Positions 36,033 to 45,012 of a DNA stretch of 64,000 bases are shown here, piece by piece (positions within the stretch are counted from its first letter, which is position 1; every line of letters begins with the position of its first letter). The translations under genes were made by a program, and so were the position numbers. The stretch lies in sequence record EU863408; one strand, 5' to 3'. The notes beneath the pieces were generated by a model, which saw only the letters and a list, made by a program, of their open reading frames with translations, made no database searches and was not told where the DNA came from. The stretch comes from Escherichia phage JSE.

Positions 36033-38276
36033 TTACAGCTTGCAAGATGAGCACTCGCTAGCGTCTTCCGTACCATCTGCACCGTCGCGAACGTTCGCAT
36101 AATACAGGGTTTTCAGACCGTAATATTGAGCAAACAACATATCATCTAACACATCAGCAATATCGACTTTACCAGTCTTATAAGTGCTTGGATCGTATGA
36201 TGTATTGGAACTAATCGCCTGATCCACAAACTTCTGCATGATCGCTGCCAGTGTGAGATAAGGCTTGTTACCTTTCTTGATCAGTGTCCAAAGCAGGTCA
36301 ATAACATCAGCATTATTCTCTACGTTCGGAATAACCTGATTAAATTGCCCTTCTTTCGATCCTTTAACCGATACAATCCCGCGAGGCGGTTCAATACCGT
36401 TTGTGCTGTTAGATACCTGAGAAGACGACTCACAAGGCATCAGCGCCGACAGTGTACTGTTACGAATGCCATATTTTTTCAGGTCTTCGCGCAGTTCTTC
36501 CCAATCCATCTCATACACCGGATCAACCAGTTCATCTACTGTCTTTTTGTACCAGTCGATAGGAAGTTCACCGCGACCATAGCGTGTTTCGTGCATCAGT
36601 TCGCAAGCACCCTTCTCTTTAGCCAGTCGCACACTAGCCTTAATCAGAGCATATTGCAAGCGTTCAAACGTTTTATGCGTAAACTCGTTAGCGTCTTCAT
36701 ATGTGAAGAAATTATCTGCTAGATATGATGCAAAGTTAGTCACACCAACACCCAGAGAGCGACGTTTTTTGGCTGTCAGAGCTTGTTCTACAGGATAATC
36801 CTGATAATCTAACAGGTTGTCAAGTGCACGCACCATAACCATAGCAATGCGTTCTACTTCTTCCATATTTTCGATATCGAAATTACCTAAAACATATGCT
36901 GCCAAAGTACATAGGCTAATTTCTGAATCATCACGACCCATCGGTTTTGTAGGCAGAGCAATTTCACAACACAGGTTAGATTGTTTAATCGGTGCTACAT
37001 TACGAATAAACGCCCCGTGATTGTTCATGTTGTCTGTGAACGTTGGGTAGATTCGACCAGTGTTAAAACGTTCAATTGCCACCGCTAAAAACAGGTCTTC
37101 GGCTTTAACACGAGTTTTACGAACACTCGGATCTTTTTCCAGTTTTTCGTAAAGCTGGCGGAAACCTTCCTCGTCTCGGAAGTACAGATCCCACAACAAG
37201 CCACCCGCAACATCTGGACTAAACAGAGTAATGTAATCCCGTTTAAGGAATCGCTCTACCATCAGGTTATTAATCTGTACGCCGTAATCAAGATGACGAA
37301 TGCGGTTATCTTCCACCCCCTTATTGTTCTTTAACACAATCAGACTTTCAAACTCTAAATGCCATATTGGGTAATAGAGAGTCGCCGCCCCGCCACGAAT
37401 GCCGCCTTGTGAGCATGACTTAACGGCCGTCTGAAAATGTTTCCAGAATGGGATAACGCCAGTATGACGAACTTCACCATGCCCGATCTTAGATCCTTCC
37501 GCGCGAATCATGCCAGCGTTGATACCGATACCAGCACGCTTGCTAATATACTTGATGATTGCATTTGCTGTTTCGTTGATGCCCTGCAATGAGTCATCAC
37601 TTTCGATCACCACACACGAACTAAATTGGCGTGTTGGGGTACGCACACCTGCCATAATCGGAGTAGGTAGAGAGATTTGCTTATTCGCAACAGCATTATA
37701 AAAATCAATCACATGTTCAAGTCGATTTTCTGTCTCTTCTTGATGCAAGCACATACCGATCAGCATATACGCAAATTGTGGTGTTTCGATGATTTTCTTA
37801 GTGCTGCGATCCTGAACAAGATATTTCTCTTTTAACTGCATCGCACCAGCATAGGTCATTTTAAAATCAAGTTTATGGTCGATGAATTTCTCCAGATATT
37901 CCACTTCTTCATGGGAATACTTTTGCAGAATTTCGCGATCATATTTTCCGGTTGCAATATTACGCTCAATATGGCTGTAAAAATCAATCGGTTGGAATTG
38001 ACCGTATACTGATTTGCGAAGCGCGAACATTGCAAGGTTACTTGCTACATATTGATAATCGGGTGTTTCTACAGTAATGTTATCTGCTGCGACCTTAATC
38101 AATACTTTCTGGATATCGTTGGTAGACATACCTTCTGTCAGAAGTGGTTCAACCATATCAAACAATTCATATGGATCAACGTTATGACCTTCGGCTGCCG
38201 CTTCCAGAATTTTCATTACTTTTTCTTTTTCAAACGGAACAGTCAGACCGGAAGACTTAACAACATTTTTAATCAT
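36033..38276 (-). CDS. nrdA: ribonucleotide reductase large subunit
   Basis: 747 aa; ATP-cone N-terminus, catalytic Cys region and C-terminal Cys pair typical of class I RNR. Confidence 0.9.
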   Translation of the reverse strand: MIKNVVKSSGLTVPFEKEKVMKILEAAAEGHNVDPYELFDMVEPLLTEGMSTNDIQKVLIKVAADNITVETPDYQYVASNLAMFALRKSVYGQFQPIDFYSHIERNIATGKYDREILQKYSHEEVEYLEKFIDHKLDFKMTYAGAMQLKEKYLVQDRSTKKIIETPQFAYMLIGMCLHQEETENRLEHVIDFYNAVANKQISLPTPIMAGVRTPTRQFSSCVVIESDDSLQGINETANAIIKYISKRAGIGINAGMIRAEGSKIGHGEVRHTGVIPFWKHFQTAVKSCSQGGIRGGAATLYYPIWHLEFESLIVLKNNKGVEDNRIRHLDYGVQINNLMVERFLKRDYITLFSPDVAGGLLWDLYFRDEEGFRQLYEKLEKDPSVRKTRVKAEDLFLAVAIERFNTGRIYPTFTDNMNNHGAFIRNVAPIKQSNLCCEIALPTKPMGRDDSEISLCTLAAYVLGNFDIENMEEVERIAMVMVRALDNLLDYQDYPVEQALTAKKRRSLGVGVTNFASYLADNFFTYEDANEFTHKTFERLQYALIKASVRLAKEKGACELMHETRYGRGELPIDWYKKTVDELVDPVYEMDWEELREDLKKYGIRNSTLSALMPCESSSQVSNSTNGIEPPRGIVSVKGSKEGQFNQVIPNVENNADVIDLLWTLIKKGNKPYLTLAAIMQKFVDQAISSNTSYDPSTYKTGKVDIADVLDDMLFAQYYGLKTLYYANVRDGADGTEDASECSSCKL

Positions 38277-38323
38277 ATTACCTCACTTCATATTTTAGCA
38301 GGAACAAGTTTATCCTCCATATT

Positions 38324-38339
38324 GGGGGCTTTCGCCCCC
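38324..38339 (-). other. GC hairpin with GAAA tetraloop at the 3-prime end of td
   Basis: GGGGGC-GAAA-GCCCCC on the minus strand; identical hairpin after gene 34. Confidence 0.4.
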
Positions 38340-38343
38340 TTTG

Positions 38344-39567
38344 TTATACTGCCATTTGAGCGGTGATCGCTGGATGGCTTTGATAGTTGTGAATTTTAAA
38401 ATCTTTCGGAGTCTTTGTCAATACCTCATCTAAAGATTTAAATTCCGGCAACTCAATTATTGGTTTATCAAACGGAACACGGCTTAACTGTTCCATAACT
38501 TGATCAAAATGGTTTTTGTAAATGTGGCAATCCCCACACTGATAAACCAGTTCGCCAACTTCTAATCCGCAAATCTTCGCGATGATATGCGTTAACAGTG
38601 CATAGCTCGCTACGTTGAACGGATTCCCTAAAAAGAGATCATTCGAACGCATGAAAAATAAACAACTCAATTTGTTGTCGTTGGAAACATAAAACTGTAC
38701 CATCGGATGACATACACCTAACACAGCATTATGCGTTTCCTGTACGTTCCATGAATCAATGATAATACGACGACTATATGGATCATTCTTGATCATGTCA
38801 ATAACTTTTTGTAACTGGTCTTCCCAAATCTTCGGGCGATAGACATATTCTTCATCGTCTTTAGTGCTTGATGTGTCTACGTCCATACTAACAAACATCG
38901 TGGTATCCGGTGCTATAATATCCCCACCCAGATAATCACTATCAAGCAGATAACCGAAATAACCATCATCTACCCATTCCTGGAATCCCCACAAGCAATA
39001 TGCATCATTAACAAAATTAGATTGAGTCTTCCAGTGGTCTGCTACCAGAATATAATCAAACTCTTCATAACGCATACCACGCCAGATAGCACATAAACGG
39101 TCTTCTGTTTCATTGGTTGGTGTAAAGTCTTCTACCCACGGGTGCTTAAATGTATGTGTATATTTGCTCTTAACGCGCTTAATTTTGATTTCACCGTGTG
39201 GATGAATCGGTTTTCGTCGCCATGCCATACCATACATATTACCGACATTATAACCATTGAATCGCAAGGGATTCTTTTCTTTCATATCAAGACAGTTGCC
39301 GCGCCAAATATCAAAGGCTTCCTCGTCAAACTTGCCGCGTGTAATTTCCTGTAAGCGACGGCGGTCAAGTGATCCCTCCATAAACCATAGCAATTCGCCA
39401 ATTACAGAGGCTGTAGCCATCTTTTTAGTGGTCAGTAAGGGGAAACCCTTGCTTAAATCAATTCGCATTTCTGCACCGAATTTAGAGAGCGTACCTACCC
39501 CAGTTCGGTCTTCACGAGGCCAGCCATTATCAAGAACATCACGCAATAGTTTCAAATATTCTTTCAT
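38344..39567 (-). CDS. td: thymidylate synthase with a large in-frame insertion
   Basis: ThyA motifs (DRTGVGT, FPLLTTKK, CHPMVQFYV, LFLGNPFNVASYALL) interrupted by an extra segment of about 130 aa between YGMAWRR and QLQKVIDMIK. Confidence 0.8.
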   Translation of the reverse strand: MKEYLKLLRDVLDNGWPREDRTGVGTLSKFGAEMRIDLSKGFPLLTTKKMATASVIGELLWFMEGSLDRRRLQEITRGKFDEEAFDIWRGNCLDMKEKNPLRFNGYNVGNMYGMAWRRKPIHPHGEIKIKRVKSKYTHTFKHPWVEDFTPTNETEDRLCAIWRGMRYEEFDYILVADHWKTQSNFVNDAYCLWGFQEWVDDGYFGYLLDSDYLGGDIIAPDTTMFVSMDVDTSSTKDDEEYVYRPKIWEDQLQKVIDMIKNDPYSRRIIIDSWNVQETHNAVLGVCHPMVQFYVSNDNKLSCLFFMRSNDLFLGNPFNVASYALLTHIIAKICGLEVGELVYQCGDCHIYKNHFDQVMEQLSRVPFDKPIIELPEFKSLDEVLTKTPKDFKIHNYQSHPAITAQMAV

Positions 39568-39808
39568 CCCACACCACCTTTTTCTTATTGATTGCTTTCT
39601 TACGCAGTTTTGCTACTGTCTCGTCAATGTCTATAAAGATAACACCACGGTCGAATACAGTTGCAGGTCTTGAGATATCGCTATTTTCTTGCACAGGAAG
39701 CCATGATGCGCTCGCTTCATCATAGAGATATTGTAAACCGTAATAATCTACGGCTACTGCGTAGTTTTCACTGGTAGCCGTCCATAATTGAATAATACCG
39801 ACTTTCAT
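39539..39808 (-). CDS. hypothetical protein (about 89 aa from MKVGII)
   Basis: ORF-track frame; start uncertain; 3-prime end overlaps td start. Confidence 0.35.
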   Translation of the reverse strand: MKVGIIQLWTATSENYAVAVDYYGLQYLYDEASASWLPVQENSDISRPATVFDRGVIFIDIDETVAKLRKKAINKKKVVWDERIFETIA

Positions 39809-39900
39809 TATTGTTCCCGTCCACAATGTAAACACCGACTACCAGCAAACATCAAAGATTCACCACAATGTTTGCACTCATAATCTGTCAGAATTTTCAT
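39808..39900 (-). CDS. small zinc-ribbon peptide (30 aa)
   Basis: Hand-translated ORF with CxxC..CxxC (CKHCG..CLHCG); translationally coupled. Confidence 0.3.
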   Translation of the reverse strand: MKILTDYECKHCGESLMFAGSRCLHCGREQ

Positions 39901-39901
39901 G

Positions 39902-40483
39902 TTACGCCTTCTTACGTTCTAAAATTTGTTCGCTGATCAGGTAATCATCAAGGAAGTAATTATGTTCTTCTTTTGTTGCAAAATCAAAATATAATTCCTG
40001 AATCATTTCCTTAGAGATACCAACATCATATTCGAACGGATCATTAATTCCTGCTCGTTGAACATATGTTAACACAATACGGTCCGCAAAGTCAACCGCT
40101 TTTTCAATCAGGGAAGGTCCACCAATAACGCTTACCAAACCTTGCAATTTCTCTATGACTTCTAATAATTCCTTCAATCCACCATCATTAGTAATCGCGG
40201 TATACACATCTGGTTGGTCGCCGTTTTTTGCTTTCGGTGCTGGCTTACTGGTATCGGTGCTAACAACCACATTCACACGACCTTCCAGTGCTTTAGGAAG
40301 ACTTTCAAAGGTATTACGTCCCATTACCACCGCCGCAAGATCAACATCTCCCATAGTGCGCATTTTAAAGTTTTCCATGTCCTTTTTGATTGGACGACCC
40401 CACGGTAAACCGCCTTTAAAACCAAAAGCCCAATTTTCATCCGACATTTTAGTGTCACCAATCGCAAATACACATTGAATCAT
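39902..40483 (-). CDS. frd: dihydrofolate reductase
   Basis: 193 aa; GLPW motif and DHFR fold pattern. Confidence 0.85.
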   Translation of the reverse strand: MIQCVFAIGDTKMSDENWAFGFKGGLPWGRPIKKDMENFKMRTMGDVDLAAVVMGRNTFESLPKALEGRVNVVVSTDTSKPAPKAKNGDQPDVYTAITNDGGLKELLEVIEKLQGLVSVIGGPSLIEKAVDFADRIVLTYVQRAGINDPFEYDVGISKEMIQELYFDFATKEEHNYFLDDYLISEQILERKKA

Positions 40484-40498
40484 AATATAAATCTCCTA

Positions 40499-40828
40499 TC
40501 AAACCAGCTTGAGATAGTTTTCGTTAACGTTTTCTTCTGTGATCTCGGTTTTAAACTCATTACCAACATCAGGAGAAACATAATAGCGTTCGGAATAATC
40601 ACGCCACATTTTCAGTAGGCTGACACCAACATTAACACCATTTTCCCAGAAACGGAAGATAATTTTATTTGCGGTGTAGCGGTAATCGCTTTGAATCAAG
40701 CTGCCATCACCGCGACGTGATTCATAAACCGTAATACATTCACGGTTAGCGGCTTTAAGACATTCTTCAATAGTGCCGCATGAGATAATTTCGGTTGAGT
40801 CGTTTACGATTTGTTCTACAGTCCACAT
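40499..40828 (-). CDS. hypothetical protein (109 aa)
   Basis: ORF with upstream PeSL. Confidence 0.45.
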   Translation of the reverse strand: MWTVEQIVNDSTEIISCGTIEECLKAANRECITVYESRRGDGSLIQSDYRYTANKIIFRFWENGVNVGVSLLKMWRDYSERYYVSPDVGNEFKTEITEENVNENYLKLV

Positions 40829-40859
40829 AATATAATCCTCTCTTTGTTTCGATGTGTGT

Positions 40860-40887
40860 ATTATACATTACCACATAAGCATGTCAA
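40860..40887 (-). promoter_or_regulatory. sigma70-like early promoter
   Basis: TTGACA, about 16 nt, TATAAT. Confidence 0.45.
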
Positions 40888-40949
40888 CACCTTTTTCATA
40901 AATTTTTAGGCAATAAAAAAGCCTCCCCGAAGGAAGGCTTTAAAATTCA

Positions 40950-41924
40950 TTACATCCCTAACAGAGCGTCAAGATCATCCAGATCAGAAGCGGAGGAAGT
41001 ACCGCCACCCAGATCCAGCGATGCCATCAGGTCATCAGCGGAAGAATCTAACGCCGTGCTAGCTGCGTTAATACCAACTACAGTGCTAGCTGCGTTAATA
41101 CCAGCATCGAATGCATTCATCTGTGCGTCAAAATCGTCAAGCTGGCTGTTAATCGCTGCCGCAGCACTGGAAGCCGCAGCACCAGCTACCATAGAAACGC
41201 CCATAGTTTTCTTAAATTTGGTTTCCAGTTCATCGAACGGTTTAAACTGGCTAGGCGCTACAATCTCACTCAGGTCAACCATGTTTTCCATCAGATATTT
41301 CTGATATGCTTCGTCTTCAATTTTCGGAAGCTGTGATTGCTGCATGAAACGAGAATCATCATAGTTCTGGTGTTTATCAACCTTCTTAGCTTTCAGGAGG
41401 AAGTTAGCACCGGAGAACACACAAGTTACATCTACCGGAACTTCGCCCATATCGGTATTCACGTTCACCATTGCAACGATCTTATCATAAATTTTCTGAC
41501 CGAAGCGGAATTTGAATACCTTACCTTCATTTTCTGGTGCTTGAGGATCTTTCAGTACCAGAATATTTGCGTAGTAAGAGGCTTTACGCTTAATCAGTTG
41601 CCATTCGGTTTTATCGGTATTGTACAGATCTTTTTCGTTAATATATTTGCACACAGGGCAAGAATCAAAATCACCGTGGGTGCTGGAGCAGTTTTCCCAA
41701 TACCATTTGCCATTAACTTTGAAGGAATGGTTTACCAGTTTCACAATCGGCAGACCGTCTTCTGTCTTAGACGGCAGGAAGCGAATCAGGGCTTCACCGT
41801 TACCTGCTGCATCAGTCTTAATCTTCCACTCTTTCGGATCTTCTTTGGAGAAACCGTTGCCACCTTTCAGTGCGGCCAGTTGAGCTTGCAGTTTGGAAGA
41901 ATCTTGGCGTTTAAACATATTCAC
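40950..41924 (-). CDS. 32: single-stranded DNA-binding protein gp32
   Basis: Similar to T4 gp32 (IRFLPSK, zinc site [24 protein letters not shown]); acidic C-terminal tail. Confidence 0.9.
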   Translation of the reverse strand: MNMFKRQDSSKLQAQLAALKGGNGFSKEDPKEWKIKTDAAGNGEALIRFLPSKTEDGLPIVKLVNHSFKVNGKWYWENCSSTHGDFDSCPVCKYINEKDLYNTDKTEWQLIKRKASYYANILVLKDPQAPENEGKVFKFRFGQKIYDKIVAMVNVNTDMGEVPVDVTCVFSGANFLLKAKKVDKHQNYDDSRFMQQSQLPKIEDEAYQKYLMENMVDLSEIVAPSQFKPFDELETKFKKTMGVSMVAGAAASSAAAAINSQLDDFDAQMNAFDAGINAASTVVGINAASTALDSSADDLMASLDLGGGTSSASDLDDLDALLGM

Positions 41925-41978
41925 TATTCCTTCTTTTGATTAATTTACTAGACTATTATACAGATTTAAATTTACTTG

Positions 41979-42659
41979 TCAACTATTTGTTTCTGTTTTT
42001 AATTGAGATATTTCTTTACACTCTTTAACTACTTTAACAAATAATGCTCTTGCTTTTGCGGCGTCAATAACAAGTAGTTTCTTGTACGCCTTCATTTTAA
42101 CACTATAAGTTTGCCAAATCAAGTCTTTGGCTACCTTGTCGTGTTCGTCGATTATATTTAGAAAGCTATCTAACAACATAAACGACTCAAACGATATAAT
42201 CCGATTTTGCAGTAGTTTAAAGATACCGCTAGTTTCGGTTGCGGGATTGTATGTAATTAGCTCTTTAAGAGTAACCCCGCGTTTCTCGGAGAAGTATACC
42301 AGACTTTTAATGTCATCGTCAAATCGTGTTGCTGCATCGGTTATCTTTCCTATGTATTCCATATAAAAGCCGTATGCGTCAACATCAGTGATTTCACCTA
42401 CCCATGCATCGGTATTAGCTACCAGATTGCTTAGGAATAGGAAGTATAATTCTCTTAGATTGTACTTTTCCGCTAATTTTGCGAAATAATACTTATCTCT
42501 GCGTTTATTGAATGCGGCATCAGACAACCGCATCCTCCAATTGTATTTTACGCAATCATAACGCCCGTTCATGTGAGCTTTCATCATGCAATATAACATA
42601 TACACAGATTTAGCATTAATTCGCATATCTGGATCTGGAGGAAGACGGTTTCTGATCAT
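41979..42659 (-). CDS. 59: helicase loader gp59
   Basis: Similar to T4 gp59 (KYNWRMRLSDAA, IFKLLQ..ISFE, LLDSFLNIIDEHD). Confidence 0.85.
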   Translation of the reverse strand: MIRNRLPPDPDMRINAKSVYMLYCMMKAHMNGRYDCVKYNWRMRLSDAAFNKRRDKYYFAKLAEKYNLRELYFLFLSNLVANTDAWVGEITDVDAYGFYMEYIGKITDAATRFDDDIKSLVYFSEKRGVTLKELITYNPATETSGIFKLLQNRIISFESFMLLDSFLNIIDEHDKVAKDLIWQTYSVKMKAYKKLLVIDAAKARALFVKVVKECKEISQLKTETNS

Positions 42660-42668
42660 ACATACCCC

Positions 42669-42938
42669 TTAAATATCGAGAGTGTTGGTCGGTTCGTCGA
42701 TCACTCCCTTCCTGAGCGTTCTATTTACTATACATTCTTGTGTGATCTTGTCAATAATGGACACCGGAATATACTTCTGATAGTGACCATATTCGATAGA
42801 GTTTTCCTCTACAAACTGCGTTGTCGCTTCAAGATAAGTCAATCCCTCTTCAACAACCAGTTTTTCGATTGCAAGACCGTTTGCTGTTTTGTTCGCGGCT
42901 TTTACCGCATGTTCATTAAGCATTGAACACCCGATCAT
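42669..42938 (-). CDS. 33: late transcription co-activator gp33
   Basis: LTYLEATTQFVEENSI resembles T4 gp33; synteny. Confidence 0.7.
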   Translation of the reverse strand: MIGCSMLNEHAVKAANKTANGLAIEKLVVEEGLTYLEATTQFVEENSIEYGHYQKYIPVSIIDKITQECIVNRTLRKGVIDEPTNTLDI

Positions 42939-43191
42939 AGAGTTCTACCGCTTCGTCGCGTTCTGCTTCGAAGGTTTCGCGCTGTTGCTGGTGATACAGT
43001 TTAAACAGAATGCCCCACATTTTACCATCGACGCCTAATTCTTCTTTAGCACGCTGTTTGATCTCTTTGATCTTATCGCCGTATGCTTCTTGAATGGTTT
43101 TCTGATCGCTGGCTTCTTTAATCAGTTGTGCCAGGGTATTTCCGTGCACTGCTTCGTCAAATACTACTTTTTCTTTTTTCTGTTCAGTCAT
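42916..43191 (-). CDS. dsbA: DsbA-like double-stranded DNA-binding protein
   Basis: 91 aa; position as T4 dsbA. Confidence 0.55.
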   Translation of the reverse strand: MTEQKKEKVVFDEAVHGNTLAQLIKEASDQKTIQEAYGDKIKEIKQRAKEELGVDGKMWGILFKLYHQQQRETFEAERDEAVELYDRVFNA

Positions 43192-43195
43192 AATA

Positions 43196-43792
43196 TTAAC
43201 CCTCTTTCGTCATTAATTGAAAACCACGTTCAGCTTTTGAAATTTCGCTAGGACTTAAATCGTCACCAACATATTCTAGCATCATTTCTCGGATAATGTC
43301 AAGTGCTTTTTCATCACCTGATTTTAACTCGAACTCAAGTTCATAGTGAGCCTCTCCCATTCTTTCGCCGACTTTGCAATAATAGAAAGTGTCTTTGCAC
43401 ATTTCCACTATAGCACCCTCAAGGTCAAGTGTCAATGACTTGCGGTATGTCATTACTTGCAATAAAGGAACGATAAGGTCGGAGTTTACGCCTAGACTAT
43501 CAACATAATGATAGAAATCATCCATTGTTGAAAAAGTGATTTCTTCTCGGTTGAATAGTCCAGATTCACTATCACCTATTTTGACCATAATCAATGATCT
43601 ATTAACGTCAAGTCGAGCATAAATTCCTTTTCGACGCATTGCATGATCTTCGGTATCATAATAAAATTCGTGTTTTAGAGTGTTAGCACGATCTACTAGA
43701 TTGTACCCGTCATACATTGCTACCCACAAATCACAGATTGTTTCGACGCCAATTTGTGAGTGTGCATAGTATTTTAATTCAAGTTCTTTCAT
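43196..43792 (-). CDS. CYTH-like (triphosphate tunnel metalloenzyme) domain protein
   Basis: N-terminal ExExK (KELELK), YYDT, basic Arg cluster, C-terminal ELEFELK. Confidence 0.45.
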   Translation of the reverse strand: MKELELKYYAHSQIGVETICDLWVAMYDGYNLVDRANTLKHEFYYDTEDHAMRRKGIYARLDVNRSLIMVKIGDSESGLFNREEITFSTMDDFYHYVDSLGVNSDLIVPLLQVMTYRKSLTLDLEGAIVEMCKDTFYYCKVGERMGEAHYELEFELKSGDEKALDIIREMMLEYVGDDLSPSEISKAERGFQLMTKEG

Positions 43793-43802
43793 ATGTCAAC
43801 CC

Positions 43803-44750
43803 TTAGAACTCACCAATTTTCTGCAACATTTTAACTAACGCATTGGTTACAAAATAGTTATAAATTTTACCGCGTGGTGCTGGTTTAGATTTCTCCCATG
43901 CTAACAAAATTTCATATTCGATGTTATCAGGAATAAATTCAAAATCAATAAGTTCGCGGTTTTCGTCAAAGCGTAGTGCTTCTTCCTCTGTCATCAAAGA
44001 CTTTGGATCTTCGGCATCGAAAATTTGCTCTAACCATTTGGTTGCAATTGGTTTAGCTCGTTCCCCTTCCAGTCGTGAGATAATGAAATCACTACGGCAC
44101 TTGATAGAAGCTACACCGTCTTTTGCGTCACCCTTAACACATTTTACCATAAGGTCTTTGTAAGGGCTACCATATTTGCATTTCTTCCATGCTTTCTGTA
44201 CTGGCGCCCACTGTTTCACGTTTTTGTATTTGTGCAACTGTGTGTAGTCACCATCGCCGGAGTTGATTAGCACCTGGCGACCTTCTACAGAAAACTTTTT
44301 AGTTAACACAGCGATTATATCATCTGCTTCAACTTTGTCAACCTTAATAACGTGATAAGGCATGTTCTCTTTAAACTCTTCGGTGATCTTATTGATCGCA
44401 GCAAAGATCATCTCCCAATCACGCGGATCTGCGTCTCGTTTTTCCTTACGGTTGCGTTTATAGTAAGGGGCGATATCACGTCGCCAGTAACCTTTACTTG
44501 AATCAAAGGCAAGTACCGTAATTGGGTATTGCTCTTTGAATTTTGTCATATTATAACGCATGGTGTCAAGGATAAGATGACGAATCATGCCTTCATTAAT
44601 AGGATCTTCCGGTTTAAAGGTATGCGAGATAGTAGCAATCATAAGCTGCGACATATCAATCAAATGCACACCTTCCGGCAGTTTATCTTCTGGATCATCG
44701 AAGAAATCATTAAGTGTAGCGGTAGTTTTTGTAAACGGGTTATACGTCAT
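43803..44750 (-). CDS. rnh: RNase H (FEN-1-like 5-prime nuclease)
   Basis: Similar to T4 RNase H (GYWRRD, YHVIKVDKVEADD, SGDGDYTQLHKY, VQKAWK). Confidence 0.85.
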   Translation of the reverse strand: MTYNPFTKTTATLNDFFDDPEDKLPEGVHLIDMSQLMIATISHTFKPEDPINEGMIRHLILDTMRYNMTKFKEQYPITVLAFDSSKGYWRRDIAPYYKRNRKEKRDADPRDWEMIFAAINKITEEFKENMPYHVIKVDKVEADDIIAVLTKKFSVEGRQVLINSGDGDYTQLHKYKNVKQWAPVQKAWKKCKYGSPYKDLMVKCVKGDAKDGVASIKCRSDFIISRLEGERAKPIATKWLEQIFDAEDPKSLMTEEEALRFDENRELIDFEFIPDNIEYEILLAWEKSKPAPRGKIYNYFVTNALVKMLQKIGEF

Positions 44751-44752
44751 AA

Positions 44753-44938
44753 TTAAGTTCTCTCCACTCTCACAACAACATATTCGCCAAACGAGTTAGA
44801 TACTTCACGATCATACCCGTATTTCTCCATAACTCGCAGAATTGCATTGTTTAATTCGGCACGGAAATAATTATAATCCTTATCAGGGATTCTGTCAACT
44901 ACCCATTTTGCACCTTCTGACAAATCAACTTTAACCAT
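44753..44938 (-). CDS. hypothetical protein (61 aa)
   Basis: ORF only. Confidence 0.4.
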   Translation of the reverse strand: MVKVDLSEGAKWVVDRIPDKDYNYFRAELNNAILRVMEKYGYDREVSNSFGEYVVVRVERT

Positions 44939-44976
44939 AATATATCATCCTCTTTTGTTTCTATCAAGCCTCATTT

Positions 44977-44984
44977 TATAAATA
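44977..44984 (+). promoter_or_regulatory. T4-type late promoter motif TATAAATA upstream of gene 34
   Basis: Exact TATAAATA 29 nt before the gene 34 ATG. Confidence 0.6.
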
Positions 44985-45012
44985 TGAACATACTATAAAA
45001 GGAGACCCAATA

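Noticed and set aside
38821-39213. Intein or group I intron within td
   Set aside because: The reading frame is continuous and the insert lacks intein boundary residues (Cys/Ser at start, His-Asn before a nucleophile at end)
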